Shown here: positions 1-8,447 of the stretch, piece by piece
Layout: every line of letters starts with the position of its first letter
Numbering within the stretch: position 1 is the first letter of the stretch
DNA from: a virus
Taxonomy: Duplodnaviria; Caudoviricetes
Virus record (IMG/VR): IMGVR_UViG_3300043391_000060
Span: 1-33,197 of that record
Direction: 5' to 3' (one strand)
DNA length: 33,197 bases
Position numbers and translations under genes: made by a program
Notes under the pieces: model-generated
The model's input: only the letters and a program-made list of their open reading frames with translations
Told to the model about the DNA's origin: nothing
Database searches by the model: none

Positions 1-450
1 GAAGAAGTTTTAAATCAATTAACTAATAAAAATGTTATAGATTTTTTAAATAAATCCGTAAGAGCTTTTCCTAAACAAATAAAAACATATATAGATTTTT
101 TAAAATTTTATGGATTTAATTTTCATTGGCATAAAGAAAAATATTTTCCTTTAGTGGAATTAGATTCTAAATATTTTCCTTGTTTTAATCACTTTTTTGA
201 TACATACGACTTTCAAAATTGGTCAATGTGGAATAAAGAATCTAATATAACACCAGGGATTTTAAAAAAACCACAAAGAGATTTATTGTACGAATTAACA
301 GGAGATAAATTATATAGTTATGGTAAAAATAAAGGAATGTCTGGTCCAGGTGTTTACACTAATAATGATTGGATGTTTTTGTTAGAAAATGGAAAAACCA
401 TAAAACAATACGACTTGACAAGTTCAAATAATTATGATACATTAATATAA
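1..450 (+). CDS. 5'-truncated hypothetical protein; frame is open from base 1, longer than the 154..450 ORF call
   Basis: Frame 1 reads EEVLNQLTNK...FHWHKEKYFPLVELDSK with no stop before TAA at 448-450. Confidence 0.75.
   Translation, partial: EEVLNQLTNKNVIDFLNKSVRAFPKQIKTYIDFLKFYGFNFHWHKEKYFPLVELDSKYFPCFNHFFDTYDFQNWSMWNKESNITPGILKKPQRDLLYELTGDKLYSYGKNKGMSGPGVYTNNDWMFLLENGKTIKQYDLTSSNNYDTLI
415..443 (+). promoter_or_regulatory. sigma70-like early promoter
   Basis: TTGACA (415-420), 17 bp spacer, TACATT (438-443) with extended -10 TG; ATG follows at 452. Confidence 0.55.
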
Positions 451-451
451 T

Positions 452-1186
452 ATGAAATATCCTTATTATGTCTATGACAATGTTGTAGATTTAGAATTAC
501 AAAAAGAAATTTGGTCATATCTATTAAATCAAACATATCACGCAAAGAGAAAAGCAACCAATCACAGAAATGAAGTAGGTACAATTATATCATATAAACC
601 TATAGATGGTAAAAAAGAATATTTAAATCCTGATTTACCAAGCGTTAATGAACAATATATGCACCGTACTGTATTTGGTGATAATGAGGAAGATATTAAA
701 TCTCATCCTCCAATTGAAAAATTATGGAATAAAATTAAAGAAACAATAGGATCAGAATGGTCTATTGCAGGAGATCCAGAAGGAATACCAAGCAATACTT
801 TATCTAAAGGCGACTGGAGAGTTTATGTAAATATACAACCAAATGAAGAAATAAAAAGATCACACACCATTCACAGAGATACAGTTAATATTAATGAAGA
901 AAAAAATTACACACTTTTGTATATTGCAAATTTAGAATGGCATCCATCTTGGTTTTCAGAAAATATTTTTTATGAATCAGATGATAACAGTTTAGATAAA
1001 CAACAATTTCAAAAAGGTCATGGCCAATCAAGAAATTTTGGTATAGGAGATCCTTATGCAATTATACCACCTAAACCAGGTAGAGTAATTTTGTATGATG
1101 GTAGAACATTACATACTACAAGACCAACAGCTATATGGGCTAATGAAATGAGATATGCTGTTGCATTTAGAATTAAAAAGAATTAA
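452..1186 (+). CDS. 2OG-Fe(II) oxygenase superfamily protein
   Basis: HxD (IHRD), distal His (LHTTRP) and terminal Arg strand (RYAVAFR). Confidence 0.75.
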   Translation: MKYPYYVYDNVVDLELQKEIWSYLLNQTYHAKRKATNHRNEVGTIISYKPIDGKKEYLNPDLPSVNEQYMHRTVFGDNEEDIKSHPPIEKLWNKIKETIGSEWSIAGDPEGIPSNTLSKGDWRVYVNIQPNEEIKRSHTIHRDTVNINEEKNYTLLYIANLEWHPSWFSENIFYESDDNSLDKQQFQKGHGQSRNFGIGDPYAIIPPKPGRVILYDGRTLHTTRPTAIWANEMRYAVAFRIKKN

Positions 1187-1201
1187 TAGTATATATAGAG
1201 T

Positions 1202-1411
1202 ATGAATAAAAAAAATAAAAACTGGTTACAAGAAACATCTTTAAGAATTACAGACAAAGTTACATCATGGCATCATAAACTTTTTACGTATTTAATTAAC
1301 AAATCAAAAAAGAGTGTTTGGTTTACATTTGTGTTATTGTTTATTTGTTTATATGAAATTGTGGAACACTTTGTTATACCAGGCATACTAATTTGGTGGG
1401 GTCTAAAATAG
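1202..1411 (+). CDS. small membrane protein
   Basis: ORF with hydrophobic C-terminal half. Confidence 0.6.
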   Translation: MNKKNKNWLQETSLRITDKVTSWHHKLFTYLINKSKKSVWFTFVLLFICLYEIVEHFVIPGILIWWGLK

Positions 1412-1412
1412 A

Positions 1413-1441
1413 TTGACTTTTAAATAAAGTTGTGATATATT
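1413..1441 (+). promoter_or_regulatory. sigma70-like promoter with extended -10
   Basis: TTGACT (1413-1418), 17 bp spacer, TGn-TATATT (1436-1441); ATG at 1448. Confidence 0.7.
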
Positions 1442-1447
1442 AATATT

Positions 1448-1714
1448 ATGAAATACAATGAAGATAAGATACTAAACGAAATCTTAACGTACATTAAAGG
1501 TACGTATGGCCAACATTACTCAACAGGTAAAGATGGCTTTCAAATACAAGATTTGTTTAAGACTTTAAACATTGGAAAAGATTTTTGTCATGCCAACGCA
1601 ATTAAGTACTTGTGTAGGTACGGTAAAAAAAACGGGTATAACCGAGCTGACTTGCTTAAAGCAGTACACTATGTTATACTATTATTAAACTATGATAAGG
1701 AGAACGTGAAATGA
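1448..1714 (+). CDS. DUF3310-like protein, commonly found before the sliding clamp in T4-like marine phages
   Basis: QHY, FCHANAIKYLCRYGKKNG and DLLKA motifs; synteny. Confidence 0.7.
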   Translation: MKYNEDKILNEILTYIKGTYGQHYSTGKDGFQIQDLFKTLNIGKDFCHANAIKYLCRYGKKNGYNRADLLKAVHYVILLLNYDKENVK

Positions 1715-2376
1715 ACCTAAGTACAGACACACTGGCCATTTTAAAGAATTTTAGTGAGATCAATAACAATATTCTTTTTAAACCAGGCAGTAAGTTAAAC
1801 ACAATATCTGCTATGAAAAACATTCTAGCAGAAGCAACAGTAACAGAAAAATTCGACACAGAATTTGGTATATATTCCCTTGATGAATTTTTAAGAGCAG
1901 TAGAACTATTTGATAAACCTGCTGTTAAAATCAATGGGGCAAATTATGCTGTGATCTCTGATGAAAAATCTAAACAGATAATCAGATACTTCTTTGCAGA
2001 CAAATCAACATTAGTATCTCCTCAAAAAGGTATTAGTATGCCAGATAAGACGGTGGCATTTACTTTAAAGAAAGATGACTTTGCTAAGATACAAAAAGCA
2101 GCTACAACATTAAATTTACCAGATATCGCAATTAAAGGTAATGGTAAAACAATATCGTTTGTCGCAACTGATAAGAAAAATAAATCATCAAACGATTATT
2201 CTTTAGTATTAGGTGAAACAGATAAAACGTTTACTGCATATTTTAAAGCAGAGAACTTTAAAATCATTCCTGATGATTATGATGTGGCAATATCTAAAGC
2301 CAAAGTTAGTAACTTCATTAACAGAAGCAAACCAGTACAGTATTGGATCGCATTAGAGCCAGATTCGGAGTTCTAA
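1711..2376 (+). CDS. gp45: sliding clamp, DNA polymerase accessory protein
   Basis: MNLSTDTLAILKNFSEIN start, FGIYSLDEFL, YWIALE end; upstream of clamp loader. Confidence 0.95.
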   Translation: MNLSTDTLAILKNFSEINNNILFKPGSKLNTISAMKNILAEATVTEKFDTEFGIYSLDEFLRAVELFDKPAVKINGANYAVISDEKSKQIIRYFFADKSTLVSPQKGISMPDKTVAFTLKKDDFAKIQKAATTLNLPDIAIKGNGKTISFVATDKKNKSSNDYSLVLGETDKTFTAYFKAENFKIIPDDYDVAISKAKVSNFINRSKPVQYWIALEPDSEF

Positions 2377-2377
2377 T

Positions 2378-2662
2378 ATGAAATTTTCCAGAACGGAATG
2401 GCATCAAGTTTCTTCTGAATTTCAATGTGATCTTCCTGATGAAGAAGTCATAAAGCAATTTGGTTCAGTACAACGCCTAAAAGAAATTATATCACACCAA
2501 GAGCAACAATGGGGTAGTGATATAGAACCTATGGGCGAACCTCCAACAGAAGAAGAAAACGAGTTGTTAGATGAGGCTTGTGCTAATTATTCTGAAAGAG
2601 TTGATGATTGGTGGACAGACCGTAAAGGTGGTTACGAAGTTAGTTATAGTTATGAAAAATAA
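2378..2662 (+). CDS. acidic hypothetical protein
   Basis: ORF fills the gp45-gp44 gap. Confidence 0.6.
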   Translation: MKFSRTEWHQVSSEFQCDLPDEEVIKQFGSVQRLKEIISHQEQQWGSDIEPMGEPPTEEENELLDEACANYSERVDDWWTDRKGGYEVSYSYEK

Positions 2663-2677
2663 ATTGAGGATTATATT

Positions 2678-3622
2678 ATGTCAGACTTTTTGTGGGTTGA
2701 AAAATACCGACCAAGAAAGATACAAGATTGTATCTTATCAGAAGATTTAAAACAAACTTTCTTAGAGTTCGTTAAGAAAAAAGAAATACCTAATCTATTA
2801 TTATCAGGTACAGCCGGCACAGGTAAGACTACTGTTGCTCGTGCTTTATGTGAAGAAATAGGTGTTGATTACATTATCATAAACGGTTCAGATGAAGGCC
2901 GTCAGATTGATACATTAAGAAATAAAATCAAAAACTTTGCATCTACAATGTCTCTTACTAGAGAGGCCAATCATAAAGTTGTAATTATAGATGAGGCCGA
3001 TTATATGAACGCCGAATCTGTACAACCAGCATTGAGAAACTTTATTGAAACGTTTTTTAATAACTGTAGATTTATTTTTACTTGCAATTACAAGAACAAA
3101 ATCATACCTGCTTTACACAGTCGTTGTACTGTAGTTGATTTTAGAATTGTGAATGGCCAAAAGGCAATCACTCAAAATGATTTTCTTAAAAGACTTGAAG
3201 TTATATTAAAAGAAGAAGAAGTAAAATATGATAAAAAGATTTTAGTTCAACTTCTTTTAAAACACTATCCAGATTTTAGAAGAACGATAAATGAATTACA
3301 AAGATATTCTGTTCGTGGTACTATAGACAGTGGTATTCTTTTTAATCTATCAGAAGAAAGTATTAAAGGATTAATTATTAATTTAAAAGAAAAAGATTTT
3401 AATGCTATGCGTAAATGGGTAGTACAAAATTTAGATAAAGAAACAAGTGCTGTGTTTAAAGAAGTCTATGACAGTCTTTATAAATCTTTAGACCCTAAAT
3501 CAATACCACAGGCAGTATTAATTATTGCTGGCTATCAATACAAGGCGGCCTTTGTTGCCGACCAAGAAATTAATATGGTGGCCTGCTTAACCGAAATAAT
3601 GGCTGGGTGTAAATTTAAATGA
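2678..3622 (+). CDS. gp44: clamp loader large subunit (AAA+ ATPase)
   Basis: LWVEKYRP, Walker A GTAGTGKT, Walker B IIDEAD, SRC motif. Confidence 0.97.
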   Translation: MSDFLWVEKYRPRKIQDCILSEDLKQTFLEFVKKKEIPNLLLSGTAGTGKTTVARALCEEIGVDYIIINGSDEGRQIDTLRNKIKNFASTMSLTREANHKVVIIDEADYMNAESVQPALRNFIETFFNNCRFIFTCNYKNKIIPALHSRCTVVDFRIVNGQKAITQNDFLKRLEVILKEEEVKYDKKILVQLLLKHYPDFRRTINELQRYSVRGTIDSGILFNLSEESIKGLIINLKEKDFNAMRKWVVQNLDKETSAVFKEVYDSLYKSLDPKSIPQAVLIIAGYQYKAAFVADQEINMVACLTEIMAGCKFK

Positions 3623-4188
3623 GTAATAGATATGATTATTGGGCACTTTCAAATGTTTTCAACAAAGAACAAATTTTGGAAATCAATAACTTTATTGATA
3701 ATAATTTTAACAAGTTTGAAGAAGATGATAAGGCTGCCAGAGATTTACAAGGAAATAAAAAGAAATCTGGCATAGTCAAGGTAATTAATTACGAAAAGGT
3801 TAAACATTTATTAACAGATATAGTAGATAGAGTTATTAATATATCTGAACTTGAATTTGGTTATTTAATATACGGTTTAAAGAATAGAAGTGAATTACAT
3901 TTAAACAGTTATTCATCAAATAATTTAGAAAAATATGATTGGCATACAGATCAAACAAAATCAGACTTGCATGATATTAAATTAACGGTATTAATCAATC
4001 TATCTACAGAACAATATGAAGGAGGACAATTTCAATTGTTCAATACAAATGAATATGAAGTAAAAGACTTAAATATACCAGGCAATGTTATTATGTTTAA
4101 ATCTTATATAAACCATAGAGTATTGCCAGTAACAAAAGGTCAAAGAAGAACATTGGCCATATTTTTGAAGGGACCTAAGTTTAGATAA
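3619..4188 (+). CDS. 2OG-Fe(II) oxygenase (PKHD/prolyl-hydroxylase-like)
   Basis: YDWHTD, YEGGQF, HRVLPVTKGQRRTL. Confidence 0.88.
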   Translation: MSNRYDYWALSNVFNKEQILEINNFIDNNFNKFEEDDKAARDLQGNKKKSGIVKVINYEKVKHLLTDIVDRVINISELEFGYLIYGLKNRSELHLNSYSSNNLEKYDWHTDQTKSDLHDIKLTVLINLSTEQYEGGQFQLFNTNEYEVKDLNIPGNVIMFKSYINHRVLPVTKGQRRTLAIFLKGPKFR

Positions 4189-4724
4189 TGTTTTACGTAG
4201 AAGATAATAATTTTTTAACACAACAACAAATAGAGTTTATTAATAATATTTTCGTTGATAAACAAATGCCTTTTTATTATCAACAAGATTCTGTCAAAGG
4301 AGATAACGTTTCTTTTTTAGCACACATAATAAAAGATAGACCAGAATTTTCTAAAGACAAAACAAATGTAAATTCTCATATATACTATCCACCATTCAGA
4401 GATATATTAATATCGTTTTGCAAAAAGAATAAGATAATGTTTAATGAGATATTGAGGATAGCAGTTAATATTACATACAACAATGGTGCAGAAACATGTC
4501 CTATACACAATGACCATGATTATCCACATAAACAATTATTATTATATTTGAATGATCCATTGGATAAACAATCCAAAACTGTTGTATTAGATGACGATAA
4601 AAAGACAATTTTAAAAGAAATTATACCTGAAAGATTTAAAGGTATATGTTTTGATAATAAACCACACTACCATCATTACCCCAAAATGGGAGAAAGGATT
4701 GTAGCAGTTTATACGTTTAGATAA
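4188..4724 (+). CDS. 2OG-Fe(II) oxygenase-like protein
   Basis: IHND, LLLYLND, distal His (PHYH), ERIVAVYTF. Confidence 0.7.
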   Translation: MFYVEDNNFLTQQQIEFINNIFVDKQMPFYYQQDSVKGDNVSFLAHIIKDRPEFSKDKTNVNSHIYYPPFRDILISFCKKNKIMFNEILRIAVNITYNNGAETCPIHNDHDYPHKQLLLYLNDPLDKQSKTVVLDDDKKTILKEIIPERFKGICFDNKPHYHHYPKMGERIVAVYTFR

Positions 4725-4799
4725 GCGGGCATAGTTCAGTGGTAGAACAATAGTTTACCAAACTATAGGTCGTGGGTTCGAGTCCCACTGTCCGCTCCA
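4725..4799 (+). tRNA. tRNA-Gly, anticodon ACC (4757-4759), CCA encoded
   Basis: Cloverleaf: GCGGGCA/TGTCCGC acceptor, GTTC/GAAC D stem, ATAGT-TTACCAA-ACTAT anticodon arm, GTGGG-TTCGAGT-CCCAC T arm, U73 then CCA. Confidence 0.93.
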
Positions 4800-4806
4800 A
4801 AATTAT

Positions 4807-5196
4807 ATGTACGAATTAAAAGATTATTTAAAAGCAATTAATGAAAGTAAAGAAAACCTATTAGACACAGATGACGCAACGTGGGAAAAGAAGTACCCAC
4901 CTTATGTTATAAATCGTTGTCTTTCTATGTTTTGGGATACGGTAATGCCAGCCAACGAAATGAATGGCCTTCACTTTCTACCTAAACAACTACAATTTCA
5001 CTTTTTAATAAATAGTATCAGAAAAAAGAAGCGATTTGGTGGTAAGTGGTTATCACAAACCAAGTTGAAAGATTTAGAGTATGTGAAAGAATACTATGGT
5101 TATAGCAATGAAAAGGCAAGAGAGGCCTTAACTTTATTGACCAAAGAACAACTTGAACATATAAAAACAAAGTTATTTAAAGGTGGGAGAGAGTAA
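4807..5196 (+). CDS. gp62: clamp loader small subunit
   Basis: YPPYVINRCLS, ANEMN, VKEYYGYSNEKAREAL; between gp44 and regA. Confidence 0.93.
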   Translation: MYELKDYLKAINESKENLLDTDDATWEKKYPPYVINRCLSMFWDTVMPANEMNGLHFLPKQLQFHFLINSIRKKKRFGGKWLSQTKLKDLEYVKEYYGYSNEKAREALTLLTKEQLEHIKTKLFKGGRE

Positions 5197-5198
5197 TA

Positions 5199-5630
5199 AT
5201 GGATAATATTAAGTGGTCTATAGAGGACATGTTAGAAGTAACAATCAAACAGCCTGATGACTTTTTAAAAGTAAGAGAAACACTTACAAGAATAGGTGTA
5301 GCGTCAAGAAAAGACAAGACTTTATTTCAGTCATGTCATATACTTCATAAACAAGGTAAATATTACATAGTACACTTTAAAGAGCTATTTGCTCTTGATG
5401 GTAAGACAGCTACATTATCAGAAAACGATATTCAAAGAAGAAACACAATTGCAGTATTATTAGCAGATTGGTCTTTAATTGATATAGTAAAAAAAGAGGC
5501 AGCTGAAAACAAAGCACCGTTAAGTCAAATTAAAGTATTACCTTTTAAAGAAAAGAAAGATTGGATACTATCCGCAAAATATAATATTGGTAAAAAAATA
5601 GTTAAAGATGATGAAACAAATGGTGAATAA
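5199..5630 (+). CDS. regA: translational repressor RegA
   Basis: DDFLKVRETLTRIGVASRK, QSCHILHKQGKYYIVHFKELFALDG. Confidence 0.97.
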   Translation: MDNIKWSIEDMLEVTIKQPDDFLKVRETLTRIGVASRKDKTLFQSCHILHKQGKYYIVHFKELFALDGKTATLSENDIQRRNTIAVLLADWSLIDIVKKEAAENKAPLSQIKVLPFKEKKDWILSAKYNIGKKIVKDDETNGE

Positions 5631-7118
5631 ATGCAAGTATCTAAGTTTAAAGAGTTTATAAAAGAAGCAAGACAGCAAGATGAAACCGATCCTATTACGG
5701 TCGTTGTCATTAGCAAATCTTCTCCTAAAGTAAGACGACAGAAAACTGGTAACAAGAAATCTAAAAAAGAAATTACAGTAAGTTTTGTACAGAAGTCTTG
5801 TGCTAAAAGAAAAATACCTTGTTACATAATCAATACAAAATTCTCAATTATCACAGATAAAGACGAAGGAAAAAATACATTAACTATCTATAACTATGAT
5901 GGTGAAGATGGTGAACAAACATTCATTGGTAAGAATACAGTAGTTATTACAAGAGCAGGTGCCATAGAAGATGAAGCAGGCCTTTCTTTAATATCAGCAT
6001 TTCAAAATTCTGGTTCATTTATGTTAAACACCAGATCAGCAATGTTAACATGTGATAACAAACTAACTTCGGCATTGTTATTTGAAAAGTTTAATATACC
6101 AACTCCAAAAACTGCCTTCATATCAAACGAAAAGAATTTAGATAACGCATTAAAACTTGTAGGTAATAAGTTTCCAGTTATCGTAAAGACATTAACAGGC
6201 ACACAAGGTATTGGTGTTGTTAAAGTTGATAGTTATGATTCATTAGTATCAGTAGTACAAGCATTATTTAAACATGACGCTGAATTATTATTACAAGAAT
6301 ATATGCCAACAGATTCAGATATAAGAACTTTTGTTGTAGATAATAAAATATTTGCATGTACAAAACGTGTTAAAAAATCTGGAGAGTTTAGATCAAACGT
6401 ACATAGAGGTGCTGTTGCTGAACCATATAAATTATCTGACGAAGAAATAGAAATTGTTTTAAGAACAGCAAGAGCATCAAAAGCATATCTTGTAGGTATA
6501 GATCACATTACATATAAAGGGAAAATTTATGTATTAGAAGCAAATGGTTCACCAGGAACCGGAGCTGATTATGAAGGATATCATTATGAAGATTATATAG
6601 ATACACCAAACACAATAGGACCGATTAAAGGAAGTCAGTTAATTGATAATGTTATAGAATATATTTCAAATAGAAAACACTGGGATAGACAATCAATTGT
6701 AGAAGTGGGTTACCTTGAAACAATAGAAATATCTACAGTAGGAAAAGTAAGAGCAAAATTAGATACAGGTAACGGGGCGGAAACTTGTGCTTTACATGCA
6801 GAAGAAGTAGAAGTAAAAGATGGTAAAGTTTCTTGGAAGTATGACGGCAAAAAACATTCAAGCAAGTTAGAAGGCTATCATAAAATTTTTAGAGCAAATA
6901 CAGATGATGGTCAAGGAGAAAAAAGACCAGTTGTTAAACTAGATTTAACATTTAATGGATTTACATACAAAGATATATCTTTTGGACTTGATGAAAGAAA
7001 AAGATCAGCGTCTGATGCACTATTGAATAGAGATATTATTAGAAAAATGAATGCTTCAGTTAATCCTAATAGAGAATTTGTATTAAGTAGAAGAATAAAA
7101 CCTATTGACAAAAAGTAA
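5631..7118 (+). CDS. rimK: RimK-family ATP-grasp glutamate ligase fused to a C-terminal retropepsin-like (RimB-type) protease domain
   Basis: DNKL, FPVIVKTLTGTQGIGV, LLQEY, DIRTFVV, FRSNVHRG, LEANGSPG; then AKLDTGNG...RPVV...LLNRD. Confidence 0.85.
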   Translation: MQVSKFKEFIKEARQQDETDPITVVVISKSSPKVRRQKTGNKKSKKEITVSFVQKSCAKRKIPCYIINTKFSIITDKDEGKNTLTIYNYDGEDGEQTFIGKNTVVITRAGAIEDEAGLSLISAFQNSGSFMLNTRSAMLTCDNKLTSALLFEKFNIPTPKTAFISNEKNLDNALKLVGNKFPVIVKTLTGTQGIGVVKVDSYDSLVSVVQALFKHDAELLLQEYMPTDSDIRTFVVDNKIFACTKRVKKSGEFRSNVHRGAVAEPYKLSDEEIEIVLRTARASKAYLVGIDHITYKGKIYVLEANGSPGTGADYEGYHYEDYIDTPNTIGPIKGSQLIDNVIEYISNRKHWDRQSIVEVGYLETIEISTVGKVRAKLDTGNGAETCALHAEEVEVKDGKVSWKYDGKKHSSKLEGYHKIFRANTDDGQGEKRPVVKLDLTFNGFTYKDISFGLDERKRSASDALLNRDIIRKMNASVNPNREFVLSRRIKPIDKK

Positions 7119-7773
7119 TTATGAATCCAGTTTTTTTATATGGAGAAATAGACTTACCACCAGTTCCACCAGAACTTATAATTGATACAAATAATTTTTC
7201 TTTGGAAAAATGGCATACAGTAGGCAATGGAAGACCTTTTACAAAAAATAATAAAGTAAAAAAATCTTGTGTTTATGCAAAGTGGACTGTAAATTACAAT
7301 CCTTTAATTAATTGGATAAAAAATAATGTTCCTGCTTGGCCTGAACATGAAAACTTAACAATACAAAAAAATTTACCAAATGAAAATGATAAAGATACTC
7401 TTTTTCCTATACATTATGATGTTAGAAGAATGTTTGCTTTAAATTATATTTTAAGTGTAGGAGGAGAATCTGTTATTACCAGTTGGTTTAAACATCTTAA
7501 TAAACCTATGCTTTACGGACTTCATAAAACTGTTGAACAACCACCCAGATATGAAGAAGTAAAATTATTAAATTCAATGCAAGCTCATAAAGGTAAATGG
7601 TATTTACTAAGAACAAATGTATTACATGATGTAGATCATATAGATTCTATTAGATCAGCTATTACTATACCATATTTTGACGAAAATATTATAACACAAT
7701 TTAAACAAAGAAATTTGTTTAAAAACATTAAAGAAATAGATCATATAGAATAAAATCTATTGACAAAAAGTAA
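7092..7773 (+). repeat. 27-bp direct repeat (7092-7118 and 7747-7773) flanking one gene
   Basis: AGAATAAAA(C/T)CTATTGACAAAAAGTAA, 26 of 27 bases identical. Confidence 0.9.
7121..7753 (+). CDS. putative cupin-fold/2OG-Fe(II) dioxygenase-like protein
   Basis: IHYD, ALNYIL, LHDV, RSAITI pattern. Confidence 0.5.
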   Translation: MNPVFLYGEIDLPPVPPELIIDTNNFSLEKWHTVGNGRPFTKNNKVKKSCVYAKWTVNYNPLINWIKNNVPAWPEHENLTIQKNLPNENDKDTLFPIHYDVRRMFALNYILSVGGESVITSWFKHLNKPMLYGLHKTVEQPPRYEEVKLLNSMQAHKGKWYLLRTNVLHDVDHIDSIRSAITIPYFDENIITQFKQRNLFKNIKEIDHIE

Positions 7774-7788
7774 ATAATAGTATATAAT
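7760..7788 (+). promoter_or_regulatory. consensus sigma70 promoter for the gp43 operon
   Basis: TTGACA (7760-7765), 17 bp spacer, TATAAT (7783-7788). Confidence 0.88.
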
Positions 7789-7797
7789 GATTATATT

Positions 7798-8109
7798 ATG
7801 TCAGAAGTAAAAATCTTTAGATTAAGTACAGGTGAAGATGTTATCGGTCAAAAATCAGAAGATAGCGATTCAAATTTAACTCATATAAAACAACCGTTCG
7901 TGATTGTACCAATGCAATCAAAACCAGGTGGGCCAGTATCTTTGGCGCTAACACCATACATGCCTTATTCTGAATCTGAAACTATCGTGCTAAAAACAAG
8001 TAACATTATAACAGAAGTACAACCAAAATTAGAAATCAAAAATTCTTATAATCAGCATTTAGGAACAGGAATAATTCAAGCAAAGAAACCTAAACTTATT
8101 ATAGATTGA
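7798..8109 (+). CDS. conserved T4-like hypothetical protein (possibly Sm-like fold)
   Basis: VKIFRLSTGEDVIG...PYMPYS family pattern; position upstream of gp43. Confidence 0.65.
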   Translation: MSEVKIFRLSTGEDVIGQKSEDSDSNLTHIKQPFVIVPMQSKPGGPVSLALTPYMPYSESETIVLKTSNIITEVQPKLEIKNSYNQHLGTGIIQAKKPKLIID

Positions 8110-8447
8110 TGATTAAAGTATATTTTGTTAGAAACGGCTCTAAGATTGGAGTTAATGTTCCAATTGGCATGACTCTAATGGAAGCTGCCAAGAAATATAG
8201 TGAAATAGATATAAGAGAAATAACTGCTGATTGTGGTGGAGCTTGTGCTTGTGGTACTTGTCATGTTATAATAGATGAAAGTTGGATTGATAAGATATCA
8301 CCAGTGAATACGCATTACGCAGAATTAGATATACTAGAATTTGATAAACAATATAAAAAAGGATTGAGTAGATTAGCCTGCCAAATACAATTAACAAAAG
8401 AACACGATGGCTTAATTGCTCACTTATTGGATGAAGATATTAGATAA
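8106..8447 (+). CDS. fdx: 2Fe-2S ferredoxin (ISC/adrenodoxin type)
   Basis: CGGACACGTCHV and SRLACQ. Confidence 0.93.
   Translation: MMIKVYFVRNGSKIGVNVPIGMTLMEAAKKYSEIDIREITADCGGACACGTCHVIIDESWIDKISPVNTHYAELDILEFDKQYKKGLSRLACQIQLTKEHDGLIAHLLDEDIR

Noticed and set aside
4755-4761. Reading the tRNA as Trp (CCA) or as a suppressor (TTA)
   Set aside because: The 5-bp stem and 7-nt loop put ACC at positions 34-36, and the acceptor stem and U73 are Gly-type
4725-4799. tRNA as a prophage attachment site
   Set aside because: No integrase, no duplicated tRNA 3' end, and phage genes on both sides
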